The position numbers and the translations under genes were made by a program. Shown piece after piece: positions 51,021 to 59,806 of a DNA stretch of 64,000 nucleotides (position 1 is its first letter; every line of letters starts with the position of its first letter). The stretch spans positions 4,662-68,661 of IMG/VR virus record IMGVR_UViG_2571042804_000002. One strand, given 5' to 3'. The notes under the pieces are model-generated. The model was not told the DNA's origin. It saw only the letters and a program-made list of their open reading frames with translations, and made no database searches. Source of the DNA: a virus (Duplodnaviria > Caudoviricetes).

Positions 51021-51032
51021 GCAATCACACTC

Positions 51033-52994
51033 CTAATCCTTCATATAAAACGGAGAAGTAAACCCGTCACTATTCAAATTCAATCCTTTTGCCCAATCAA
51101 CAGGCTTATTCATGATAGTTTCGATTTCCTTAAGTCCATTTGAACCTCTAGGTATTTCTACAATTACTTCATCATGGACATGGCCAACTATTTTAAAACC
51201 TAATGCTTCAAGCCTTGCTATAGAAATCGCAAGTAAATCCCTTGCAGTTGCTTGAACAATATTCTCGACTAACTTCCCACCATACGTTTTTAACTTTGAC
51301 CATTTACGGTTAAGATCTAACCCCATAAATTCAACAACTTGACTACCCCAACTATTTTCACCAACTAAAGCTTTTGGATAAGCTAAAGCTCTTCCACTAG
51401 GCAGTTCAATCATTAGAAAACCTTTTTTCATATAAAATCTAAGTCCATGTGTATGATGCGTCTTTCGGGATTTTACAGTATTAATTGCAGCCTCTTGGCA
51501 AGCCTTCCAAAAATTAACTATGTTAGGATTTGCGTTACGCCAACTATCAACTAAACCTTGTAACTCGTTTTCTTCAATGCCCATTTCCAATGCACCCATT
51601 GCTTTTAAAGCTCCAGCGCCACCTTGATAGCCTAAAGCTAATTCGGACACTTTTCCTTTTTGTCTGAGAGGGTCGCCTTTAGTTATGCTTTCTACCGGTA
51701 CATTAAACATTTGAGAAGCCGATGCTTCATATATCTTTCCGTGTGTGTTGAATACATCTAAACGCCATTGTTCTTTTGCATACCATGCTATGACTCTTGC
51801 CTCTATTGCAGAAAAATCACTTACTGCTAGTTCATTACCTTCTTCAGCAGTAAATGTCGTCCTAACTAATTGACTTAATAAGTCTTGAGGATGAACATTG
51901 AGTAATAAATCTAAATCATCAAAACGTTGTTCTTTAATAAGATCTCTTGCTATTTCTAATTCAGTATCTGAAATATAATGCTTTGTTAAATTCTGAAGTT
52001 GTACACCTCTACCTGCCCATCTTCCAGTACCGGCACCGTAAAATTGAAACAGACCTCTTACCCGTTCATCACTGCACATCATGTCATGCATTTTGTTGTA
52101 TTTTTTCACACTGGTTTTAGACATTTGCAATCTAATTTCTAGCATTTTTTTAGCTTTTCCTGTTGCTTCTTTTAAGTACTCCTGAACCGTTTTCTTTTGT
52201 AAATTAGGTATATCTAATCCTTGTTCATCCTTTAACCAAGCCAATAACTGTGTAGGACTATTAGGATTTTCTAAACCTGTTATATGTTTAGCTTGTTTAA
52301 GCAATTCTTCTTTACTCTGCTTATCGAGCACATTAGCTCCTAACATCAATGATTTAGAAAGCTTAATACCTCTGTCGTTTATATGTTGGTCAAAAACCCA
52401 ATATGTTTGTTCAATTGCAGTTACTGGAAAGTCTTTAATTTTATTAGCAATCGCCATTTCTACTTCTACATCTCGAATACAGTAATCTATAAATTGTTGC
52501 CATTTTTCAAGATCATGTTCAGGTAGGTTTCTTGTTCTTCCTCCATTAACTTTTGTTGGTTTACAAGGTATAGAGAAATAACGAATTAAATTTTTACCTG
52601 CTTTATCTTTTTGGCTTTGTAGTCTTAAAACTTCTCCAACTTTATCAAGCGAAGCAGGTAAGCCAATACGCATTGAATTAACCATTGTGCAAATCCATTC
52701 TTCAGGTGGCATCTGTTTATTAAAATGTTTAGCAAGACAAGTTCTTTCGAAATTAGCATTGAATGCATACTTTTTTACAGCAGGGTCAAATAGAGCAATT
52801 TTAAACGTCTCATAATCAGCGTGGAAAGGCTCATTATCTACTTTAGTCATGTCAATCGCACTAATCGCTCCACCATCTATCGAATAAGCTATAATTAAAA
52901 TTTCGAAATCTTCAGCTTCTGTGTATTTATAGGCACCACATTTCGAAATATCGTTACTGCTGTATGTTTCAATATCTATATTCATAAATTTCAA
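51033..52994 (-). CDS. Phage family A DNA polymerase
   Basis: DIETYS and FNANFE (exonuclease), TGRW, DFSAIEAR, RQKGK...GYQGG, VHDE. Confidence 0.94.
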   Translation of the reverse strand: MKFMNIDIETYSSNDISKCGAYKYTEAEDFEILIIAYSIDGGAISAIDMTKVDNEPFHADYETFKIALFDPAVKKYAFNANFERTCLAKHFNKQMPPEEWICTMVNSMRIGLPASLDKVGEVLRLQSQKDKAGKNLIRYFSIPCKPTKVNGGRTRNLPEHDLEKWQQFIDYCIRDVEVEMAIANKIKDFPVTAIEQTYWVFDQHINDRGIKLSKSLMLGANVLDKQSKEELLKQAKHITGLENPNSPTQLLAWLKDEQGLDIPNLQKKTVQEYLKEATGKAKKMLEIRLQMSKTSVKKYNKMHDMMCSDERVRGLFQFYGAGTGRWAGRGVQLQNLTKHYISDTELEIARDLIKEQRFDDLDLLLNVHPQDLLSQLVRTTFTAEEGNELAVSDFSAIEARVIAWYAKEQWRLDVFNTHGKIYEASASQMFNVPVESITKGDPLRQKGKVSELALGYQGGAGALKAMGALEMGIEENELQGLVDSWRNANPNIVNFWKACQEAAINTVKSRKTHHTHGLRFYMKKGFLMIELPSGRALAYPKALVGENSWGSQVVEFMGLDLNRKWSKLKTYGGKLVENIVQATARDLLAISIARLEALGFKIVGHVHDEVIVEIPRGSNGLKEIETIMNKPVDWAKGLNLNSDGFTSPFYMKD

Positions 52995-53053
52995 ATTCTT
53001 GACACCTCAATTTCTTTAAAATTAAAGTGGGGCTAAAAACCCCACCTATTGAC

Positions 53054-53611
53054 TTATAAGAAATCCTCATCATCAGTGTCTAATTCATCAAAATCATCTT
53101 CTGCTGCACTTGCACCGCCAAGAGGTTCGCCTTTTTCTACAAGTTGAATGTTGTTCAATCCAACTGCGATACCCTTATTACCATTTGTGTTGAATGGAAA
53201 TAAATTGATTGAAGCTCTAATATAGTCACCACTTACAATAGTTCCAGAATCCGTTAATCTAATTTTGTTTTGGTCAATAATACCAGGTGCTTGTTTGCTT
53301 GATGCGTTAATAAAATAAGCGTCTTGATAATTCACATCATCTTCTCTTTCAGTATCTCCATCACGTAATGGAAGTTTCAGATTTGCAGGAACTTTGCCTC
53401 CAAACTTACTAACTTTTCCTTCTTCTTTAGCAGCTTCTATAGCTTGTTCAATGGCTTTTATCGTACTTGTATCTGATTTAGGAATGATTAAACTGATTGA
53501 ATACTTTGCTTCTTGCCCTTCTTGCATACTGTGAGGTTCAAAAATATGTGCATATGATGCTCTTACTTTTCCTGTAATCACTTTAGTTTTATTTAATACT
53601 TTTGCTTTCAT
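53054..53611 (-). CDS. DUF2815 ssDNA-binding protein
   Basis: PLRDGD, SGDY, LNNIQ, acidic tail ending in DFL. Confidence 0.85.
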   Translation of the reverse strand: MKAKVLNKTKVITGKVRASYAHIFEPHSMQEGQEAKYSISLIIPKSDTSTIKAIEQAIEAAKEEGKVSKFGGKVPANLKLPLRDGDTEREDDVNYQDAYFINASSKQAPGIIDQNKIRLTDSGTIVSGDYIRASINLFPFNTNGNKGIAVGLNNIQLVEKGEPLGGASAAEDDFDELDTDDEDFL

Positions 53612-53636
53612 GTTTATATACCGTCCTTTTTAATTT

Positions 53637-54803
53637 TTATAGTTTGTCAAAATCATCTTCAGCAGATTGCTTTATAGCTGGTCGTTTATCAGACTCGGTA
53701 GCAAGTGTTAATTTACCTTGTGGCTTTTCTATAAAGCCCTCTGTAATTTTAGAAAATGCTTTTTTACCAATTAATTTTTCTAATTTCGTAATGCTAAGTA
53801 ACTTGGTTTCTGTAATATCTTCAGGTTTATAACCCGCTTCAACTAACTTTTCAAGCGTTGCTTTTGTATCAGTTATCATTCTTCGCGAACGACCTTCTAC
53901 AAGCTTCCAACCAGGATAGTTTTTATCATTTCCTTTCGCTTGATCTAGCGCATAATGTTCTACTTCATCAGCCCATTTTTTGATATCAGGCAGTTTATAT
54001 AAAAGTTCTGCAATCTCTTCATCACTTAACAAATGTGGTGGCTTTTGAGGCACATTTTGCATGTATTCTGCACGTGTTCTACATGAATGCTTTATCTTAC
54101 AGAATCTACAATGACTACCTGCTTTAAACTCACCTTCACCGTTATAAGCAAGTCTGGCTAATGGTTTAACAAAATCGGTTCCCCATTGAAGTAATCTTGA
54201 TATTGGTAACTCTTCAGTAGAAAAGTTATCTATTCGTGGTTGTATGATAGTCATGCGAACTGTATGAATGTCATACATTAAACTAAGCAGTTCATATGCG
54301 CCCAAGCCATATAATCTAAGTTGAGGATTATCTATAGCTGAAACTTCAATGCCTTTACCGTATTTAAGGTCAATAATTTCAAGTACACCACCTGAAAATA
54401 TAATGACATCACCAGTACCAAAAGATTCAGGGACGTATTTACCTAAATCCAATTTTGTTTCAAATAAAGCTATTACATCGTCATCTCTACTCAAAGCCTC
54501 GTTATACTTTTCTTCTACATTAGCTACGTACTCTTCAACATATTCGCGCAACTCTTCACTGTAATATTGATTTCGCTTATAATTTTGAAAAGCTTTATTA
54601 AACTCAAACTGTGTTAGGCCTTCATATTTAAGACTGAAATATAACTCACTTAACTCATGAGCGAATGTACCTTCTTCAGCAAAAACTGAACTTTTATCTG
54701 CAATACCTTCACTTGCCTTAATACTCGGTGGACAGTTTAGCCATTGTTTTGCTCCACTTGCACTAAGCTTTGCATGAGCTCTATTTGAGTGATCTAGTTT
54801 CAT
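53637..54803 (-). CDS. DUF2800 Cas4-like PD-(D/E)xK exonuclease
   Basis: LSASG..W..CP, EGT.AH, GTGD, IDLKYG, QLRLY, CRFC...C. Confidence 0.85.
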   Translation of the reverse strand: MKLDHSNRAHAKLSASGAKQWLNCPPSIKASEGIADKSSVFAEEGTFAHELSELYFSLKYEGLTQFEFNKAFQNYKRNQYYSEELREYVEEYVANVEEKYNEALSRDDDVIALFETKLDLGKYVPESFGTGDVIIFSGGVLEIIDLKYGKGIEVSAIDNPQLRLYGLGAYELLSLMYDIHTVRMTIIQPRIDNFSTEELPISRLLQWGTDFVKPLARLAYNGEGEFKAGSHCRFCKIKHSCRTRAEYMQNVPQKPPHLLSDEEIAELLYKLPDIKKWADEVEHYALDQAKGNDKNYPGWKLVEGRSRRMITDTKATLEKLVEAGYKPEDITETKLLSITKLEKLIGKKAFSKITEGFIEKPQGKLTLATESDKRPAIKQSAEDDFDKL

Positions 54804-55162
54804 GCATTAATTCTCGCCTTCATGAAATCAACAATTTTTTCATAATGCTCTTCTTTGATAGTAGATAGCTTATCCGCACCAAGTTCGTTAAGTTTATTTC
54901 TAAATTCTTTCTTATCAGAAGTGTCTGCTTTTTTAAGGAACTCTTTTCCTACTGATAAAACATAATCTTTAGTCAAATCAGCAGAAGTTTCCTTAACTTC
55001 TTCAATTGATTCCAGTTGAGCTGTTTCTTCTTTTGGCATTGGTGCTTCTTTAACTTTCTCTTGTACAATTGATGAATCTACAGTTGACAGTTCAGTGTTT
55101 AACACACGTAAATTCTTATTTAATAGTTTTAATTCTTCAAAAATATCTTCTAATACTGCCAT
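54800..55162 (-). CDS. Hypothetical phage protein
   Basis: ORF track. Confidence 0.75.
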   Translation of the reverse strand: MAVLEDIFEELKLLNKNLRVLNTELSTVDSSIVQEKVKEAPMPKEETAQLESIEEVKETSADLTKDYVLSVGKEFLKKADTSDKKEFRNKLNELGADKLSTIKEEHYEKIVDFMKARINA

Positions 55163-55176
55163 TGATTAACTCCTCC

Positions 55177-55500
55177 TTAAAATTGGTTAGCTAGACGAAT
55201 CATTAACTTGATACGTTCTTCTATTTCTCTAGGGTCATCACTTTGTTCATTTAATCTTGCTAACAATTCAAATTGTTCTTCTAAAATTTCTTTTTTACGT
55301 TCGACTACACTTAAATGCAATTGCGATTCAATAACACGCCAGATACCCCAACTTTCCATTTCAATCTTTCCTTTTTTCTTAAGTTTTGAAAGAGTGGATT
55401 TTGCATGTGTTTTAGATATCCCAAAATTTTCAACAACATCATCAGAATTGAAATTGTCATATGTTGCAAAATGTGATAGTATTTTTTGTTGTAAGGTCAT
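55177..55500 (-). CDS. Winged-helix-like hypothetical protein
   Basis: FGISKTHAKSTLSKLKKKGKI...GIW. Confidence 0.7.
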   Translation of the reverse strand: MTLQQKILSHFATYDNFNSDDVVENFGISKTHAKSTLSKLKKKGKIEMESWGIWRVIESQLHLSVVERKKEILEEQFELLARLNEQSDDPREIEERIKLMIRLANQF

Positions 55501-55578
55501 ATTAATAACTCCTTATATAATTATTTAAGACAATTGCTCATCTTGCACTGTTACTTGCTCCAACAAGTAGCAGTTTCT

Positions 55579-55740
55579 TTATTCTTCATAAAAGTATTCC
55601 TTATAAAATGTGAATGTTGCGATACTTGCGAATCCCGCAATTGACCATGCTGTAGTGAAGTATAGAAACGGCATGAGTACAATCGCTAAGACTGTGAAGC
55701 ACAGTACTGCTATTAAGTAGCTTTTATAAATGTTGCTCAT
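55579..55740 (-). CDS. DUF1270-like membrane protein
   Basis: Manual translation MSNIYKSYLIAVLCFTVLAIVLMPFLYFTTAWSIAGFASIATFTFYKEYFYEE; GGAGG RBS. Confidence 0.75.
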   Translation of the reverse strand: MSNIYKSYLIAVLCFTVLAIVLMPFLYFTTAWSIAGFASIATFTFYKEYFYEE

Positions 55741-55751
55741 TTAATATCCTC

Positions 55752-56015
55752 CTAATACCATTTTTTATGCTTTCTGATCAAATACTCTTCCAATTTAGAA
55801 ATATTAATCAGAGTGCCTGTTGGTGAATAATCAATGTATAAATTTTCTACACCTAAATTATCTTTGCGGTAATATTTCAACCAGTTGTATACTGTACTTC
55901 TACATACTCCAAACAATTGATGGATTTGTGTAGGTGTTGCGTATAACTTTTTCACAAATTTTTCTTCGCCTCTATATGTGTTTTCTGGTGTTGGTGGTAC
56001 TATGATTTTTGGCAT
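55752..56015 (-). CDS. HTH protein, possible excisionase/RDF
   Basis: YATPTQIHQLFGVCRSTVYNW; early operon. Confidence 0.6.
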   Translation of the reverse strand: MPKIIVPPTPENTYRGEEKFVKKLYATPTQIHQLFGVCRSTVYNWLKYYRKDNLGVENLYIDYSPTGTLINISKLEEYLIRKHKKWY

Positions 56016-56039
56016 CTCTATCACTCCTTTCGATAAATG

Positions 56040-56255
56040 TTAAATTTTGCTATTATTCGCTCTGTATTGAAGTTCTCTATCTAATACATAGAAGACTTTG
56101 TTTATTTCTAAGTAGCTGTAATAACCTTTTTTAATACTTTCTAATATTTCCTTTCTTAGTCGACCTTCATTTTCTGTTAAAGATTCTACTGGCGCGTGAT
56201 CTCTTCTGAAAACCCTTGGTATGCTGATGTCTAACCCTTCTGATTTTTTGTTCAT
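56040..56255 (-). CDS. Hypothetical phage protein
   Basis: MNKKSEGL... with AAGGTGG RBS. Confidence 0.65.
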   Translation of the reverse strand: MNKKSEGLDISIPRVFRRDHAPVESLTENEGRLRKEILESIKKGYYSYLEINKVFYVLDRELQYRANNSKI

Positions 56256-56310
56256 TTGTTGTTCCACCTTTCGTGTATAATGTTGTTATCAACCTAAGGA
56301 GGTGATAAGT

Positions 56311-56541
56311 ATGCATAAGAGATTGCTCACTCAATATTTAGATAAAGAAAACGTTACTTCTTTAGATTTACATTTAATTAATGGTGAAGTTATTAAAGTA
56401 CAAGAACATATAAAAGATGCTGAAAGCAAAACTCTACACATCATTCATCCAAAAGATAGAGTTGTCAGTTTAGATCATGTTTTGTATTTCGACATTAACG
56501 TTAAAGGTGAAAAGAATAACGATAGTCCTTACCCATCTTAA
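56311..56541 (+). CDS. Counter-oriented hypothetical protein (possible Sm/LSm-like fold)
   Basis: TAAGGAGGTGA RBS, TATAAT at 56276..56281. Confidence 0.7.
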   Translation: MHKRLLTQYLDKENVTSLDLHLINGEVIKVQEHIKDAESKTLHIIHPKDRVVSLDHVLYFDINVKGEKNNDSPYPS

Positions 56542-56714
56542 AATCCATAGTGCTTATAGTTATTTGCTATTTGTTGACAGTTATAACTGGCAAGTCCTAC
56601 CTTGTCAGCTTGGTAACTGTATTGATTATTTACTTCATTTACTAATCGATTCCATTCGTCTCTTGGTACGTCTTCAAGAAGTAAAAGAATCATCTTTAAT
56701 TTTTCTTCGTTCAT
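56538..56714 (-). CDS. Hypothetical 58-aa phage protein
   Basis: Manual translation MNEEKLKMILLLLEDVPRDEWNRLV...HYGF; AAGGAGG RBS. Confidence 0.7.
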   Translation of the reverse strand: MNEEKLKMILLLLEDVPRDEWNRLVNEVNNQYSYQADKVGLASYNCQQIANNYKHYGF

Positions 56715-56802
56715 TTGTTGTTCCTCCTTTTAAGATCTTTGTTTATGTCCATTTGTTACATTACCTAAAAGTTATAAAAAGTTATACGAAGGTCAAAAAA
56801 AT

Positions 56803-56994
56803 TTAGACCTTTATCTGGTCTACCTCAATATCATATAACTTTGCTAAAGCGTAAACTGTAACATTACTTAAATTAGTGTCATCCTTTTCCCAATGACCAA
56901 CTGTCTTTGCATTGACGCCCAATATATCTGCTACTTCTTGCTGTTTCAAGTCCCTTACAAGTCTCCATTTTCTTACGGATAATTGTTCCGGCAT
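56803..56994 (-). CDS. cro: Cro-like XRE regulator
   Basis: LKQQEVADILGVNAKTVGHWE; divergent from repressor. Confidence 0.85.
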   Translation of the reverse strand: MPEQLSVRKWRLVRDLKQQEVADILGVNAKTVGHWEKDDTNLSNVTVYALAKLYDIEVDQIKV

Positions 56995-57017
56995 GTCGTC
57001 CACCTCCCTTTCACACG

Positions 57018-57141
57018 TATAACTTTATATTACTTTGTATTACTTGTCAACAGATAAAGTTATATTTCTTCATAAAAAGTTATAAAAAGTATTGTAAAGT
57101 AATGTCGGTTATGGTAAGTTAATATTACATTAAGTAATATT
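57018..57141. promoter_or_regulatory. Lysis/lysogeny switch with AAAGT(T/A)AT operator-like repeats
   Basis: Multiple about 10-bp-period copies in both orientations between cro and repressor; further pair at about 56767..56786. Confidence 0.6.
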
Positions 57142-57154
57142 AAAGGAGACAACT

Positions 57155-57484
57155 ATGGAGAATAATAAAGTCAGAAAAATTTTATCTGAAAACCTTCAAG
57201 AACTTATGAATGATAAAAATATTGATCAGAGAGAACTTGCTGAAGCTATTGGAGTTTCTCAACCTACAGTCTCCAATTGGATTCAACAAACTAAATATCC
57301 ACGAATTAAAAGAATTCAACAACTTGCAGATTACTTCAATGTACCGAAATCAAGAATTACTGAATCAAAAAAAGATATACATCAAGAAACAATTGCTGCT
57401 CATTTTGATAAAGAGGGATTAACTGAAGAAGAGATTGAAGAAGTAAATAGATTCATTGAATGGGTTAGAAATAGAGACAAATAA
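57155..57484 (+). CDS. CI/ImmR-like repressor (no autopeptidase domain)
   Basis: QRELAEAIGVSQPTVSNW...YPR; TIAAH cleavage-region motif. Confidence 0.88.
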   Translation: MENNKVRKILSENLQELMNDKNIDQRELAEAIGVSQPTVSNWIQQTKYPRIKRIQQLADYFNVPKSRITESKKDIHQETIAAHFDKEGLTEEEIEEVNRFIEWVRNRDK

Positions 57485-57496
57485 AGGGTGTTTATA

Positions 57497-57958
57497 TTGG
57501 GATTATACGAAGAACTTTGCATAAATAACGAAAAAATAAAGATAGAAGAAACTGACCAGCTTCCAAATTTCCAACCTGGATGCTATATGAACGGAAAAAT
57601 TTATATAAGGCGTAATTTATCAGAAGTACGTAAAGCAGAAGTGTTATATGAGGAACTTGCCCACCACAAGTTGACGTATGGCAACATTTTAGACCAATCA
57701 AAATGGATTAATAGAAAATTTGAAAATTATGCACGTAGACATGGTTTTACTTCAGCTGTACCGCTACATGAAATTGTAGAAGCTCACAACTACGGTGTTC
57801 GTAATTTGTACGAGTTGTCAGAGTATCTGCAGTTGAGTGAATCATACATACTAGAAGCTATAGAACAATATAAAAAGATATATGGTATTGGAACTCACTA
57901 TGGCGAGTATTCTATTACGTTTGAGCCGTTGAGAGTTTTTAAATATAAGGAAATATAA
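57497..57958 (+). CDS. ImmA/IrrE-family metallopeptidase (antirepressor)
   Basis: LYEELAHH...FENYAR; directly after repressor; TTG start inferred. Confidence 0.85.
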   Translation: MGLYEELCINNEKIKIEETDQLPNFQPGCYMNGKIYIRRNLSEVRKAEVLYEELAHHKLTYGNILDQSKWINRKFENYARRHGFTSAVPLHEIVEAHNYGVRNLYELSEYLQLSESYILEAIEQYKKIYGIGTHYGEYSITFEPLRVFKYKEI

Positions 57959-57975
57959 ACAAAGGAGAGATACAT

Positions 57976-58410
57976 ATGAAAAAAGTAATCGGACTGCTAC
58001 TAGTAAGTACATTAGCTTTAACAGCTTGTGGTGAAAAAGAAAAACCAAAAAAAGAAGAAAATAAAAAGTCACAAACACAAAAACACAAAGATAGCAAACC
58101 AAAAACGCAACAAGAAAAAATGAAAAAAGTTGAAGATAAAAATCCACCTAATAATAGCATACAAAATAATTCAAACAATCAAAACCAATCACAAAACAAT
58201 CAACTTAATAATAATTCAGATCCATCTAATAATACTCCTGCAAATATAAATGAAAACGATTCACAAAATACTAATTTAAATGATGAGTATGTCGTTTCGC
58301 CTGGCTGGACTAAAGATGAACAGGCTAAAGCTTTTGAAGAGTACAAAAAAGGAAAAGAAGAGGAAGCAAGAGCTGGTGCTAGCGCAGTACCAGGAGCCAA
58401 TATTAACTAA
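57976..58410 (+). CDS. Prophage lipoprotein with Lys-rich and Asn/Gln-rich linker
   Basis: Signal peptide with LTAC lipobox. Confidence 0.85.
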   Translation: MKKVIGLLLVSTLALTACGEKEKPKKEENKKSQTQKHKDSKPKTQQEKMKKVEDKNPPNNSIQNNSNNQNQSQNNQLNNNSDPSNNTPANINENDSQNTNLNDEYVVSPGWTKDEQAKAFEEYKKGKEEEARAGASAVPGANIN

Positions 58411-58438
58411 TAAAACAATATAAGAAAGAAGAGCTAAT

Positions 58439-58834
58439 ATGGAAACAAATAAAACAATCGATTTAATGAATTATGTGGAATTTCCAAAAAGATACACAGA
58501 GGCAAAAGGCAAATTAGTTGCACAACCAATAACTACTATAAATAGCGCAAGAAGAGTTGAAAATGAAGATATGACTGTTTGCTACATTTTAGATCAGGAT
58601 GATGATGTAATGGACTTTATCTTTGACAGAGATATAATTACTGTTTACTGTCCTGAAAACGGAACTGCGACTGATGAATATTTTTGTGAAATTATATTTA
58701 ACTCAGATGACACATTTACCCTAAAGCGATTATCTAATTACGTTACCATTAAAGATAGAAGCTACCCAATGTCAAAAATAAATGACGTAAACATTACGGG
58801 CAAAGTCGTCAGATTATTTAGAGATTTTAAATAA
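58439..58834 (+). CDS. Hypothetical protein, S24 peptidase-like fold suspected
   Basis: TLKRL and VNITGKVV resemble the LexA/CI C-terminal domain. Confidence 0.6.
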   Translation: METNKTIDLMNYVEFPKRYTEAKGKLVAQPITTINSARRVENEDMTVCYILDQDDDVMDFIFDRDIITVYCPENGTATDEYFCEIIFNSDDTFTLKRLSNYVTIKDRSYPMSKINDVNITGKVVRLFRDFK

Positions 58835-58944
58835 ACTTGGCTTTAATTACGATTAAAAGTACCTATATAGCGTGACGAGAAAAAGGATTAAAAAAAATTC
58901 AAAAACGCCTACTAGTGTAGACGTTGAATGGTGGTGAGAATTTT

Positions 58945-59070
58945 ATGGCGGATAAAAACAAAAAACAAGAAGCTACCCGTAGTAACCCAATAAACAAAAG
59001 TTTTGAAAAGCCGGGTGCCAGCGAAAACTTAAAAAGCACTTTATCAGAAAAAGCTAAGAAAAAAGATTAA
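58945..59070 (+). CDS. 41-aa basic hypothetical protein
   Basis: MADKNKKQEATRSNPINKSFEKPGASENLKSTLSEKAKKKD. Confidence 0.5.
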   Translation: MADKNKKQEATRSNPINKSFEKPGASENLKSTLSEKAKKKD

Positions 59071-59681
59071 TATTCATTCATTAAATATAAATCCAATTTA
59101 ATTTGTTGTTTAAGGTCTACAAGTGTATGTTTAATATACAATTCATCGTTTGACGCTAAATCAGATACTTTGAAATCTTGTCGCTCAACCTCTAGTAAAT
59201 CGAAATCGCTACCAGCTGAATTATAGGTTTTAAGTTCACCCTCTTCAATGATTCTGTTTTCAAAGTCTTTAATAACTATAAATACTGGTTTACCGTTGTT
59301 ATTAAACAACTTGTCTCTTTTGTCTAATAAGCTTATACAATCCAATTTCATAAACTTTCTGGTTATATTAATTAACCAGATAATAAATTTAACAATTAAA
59401 GGATTAAATACAAACACTGTTAAAACAAAAATAAATAGAAACAAAATATTTGCTTTTAGACCTGTAAGCAACTGAATTAAATTCAAATTTTTTAAATCAA
59501 CATTATTAAAAATTATAAAACTATAAAACCATATCAAACATGTTTCAATAGAAAAAATCAATAATACAGGAGTATTGATAACCTTGTTTTTTTCACTAAC
59601 TAAACCTATCATTGTTAGATATTTATATGGTATGTAACCTAAAACTCCTGTAAGAAGAAGCGCCCCTAGAAATTGAGTCAT
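59067..59681 (-). CDS. Multi-TM membrane protein next to integrase
   Basis: Three hydrophobic segments plus soluble C-terminus; AGGTGA RBS. Confidence 0.75.
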   Translation of the reverse strand: MTQFLGALLLTGVLGYIPYKYLTMIGLVSEKNKVINTPVLLIFSIETCLIWFYSFIIFNNVDLKNLNLIQLLTGLKANILFLFIFVLTVFVFNPLIVKFIIWLINITRKFMKLDCISLLDKRDKLFNNNGKPVFIVIKDFENRIIEEGELKTYNSAGSDFDLLEVERQDFKVSDLASNDELYIKHTLVDLKQQIKLDLYLMNEY

Positions 59682-59777
59682 CTTATCACCTACTTTTTAT
59701 TTTATTATAACATATTTAGTACCTAGTACTAAATTTGGGGTAGCCCACCTACCCTTATTATTTTTTACAAATTTACA

Positions 59778-59789
59778 GAACGTACGTTC
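59778..59789 (+). promoter_or_regulatory. LexA (SOS) box upstream of integrase
   Basis: GAAC-GTAC-GTTC, 4 nt before AGGAGG RBS. Confidence 0.6.
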
Positions 59790-59806
59790 CTACAGGAGGT
59801 ATAAAC

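Noticed and set aside
58140-58280. Asn/Gln-rich low-complexity stretch as a DNA repeat element
   Set aside because: Coding linker of the lipoprotein; no regular nucleotide repeat unit
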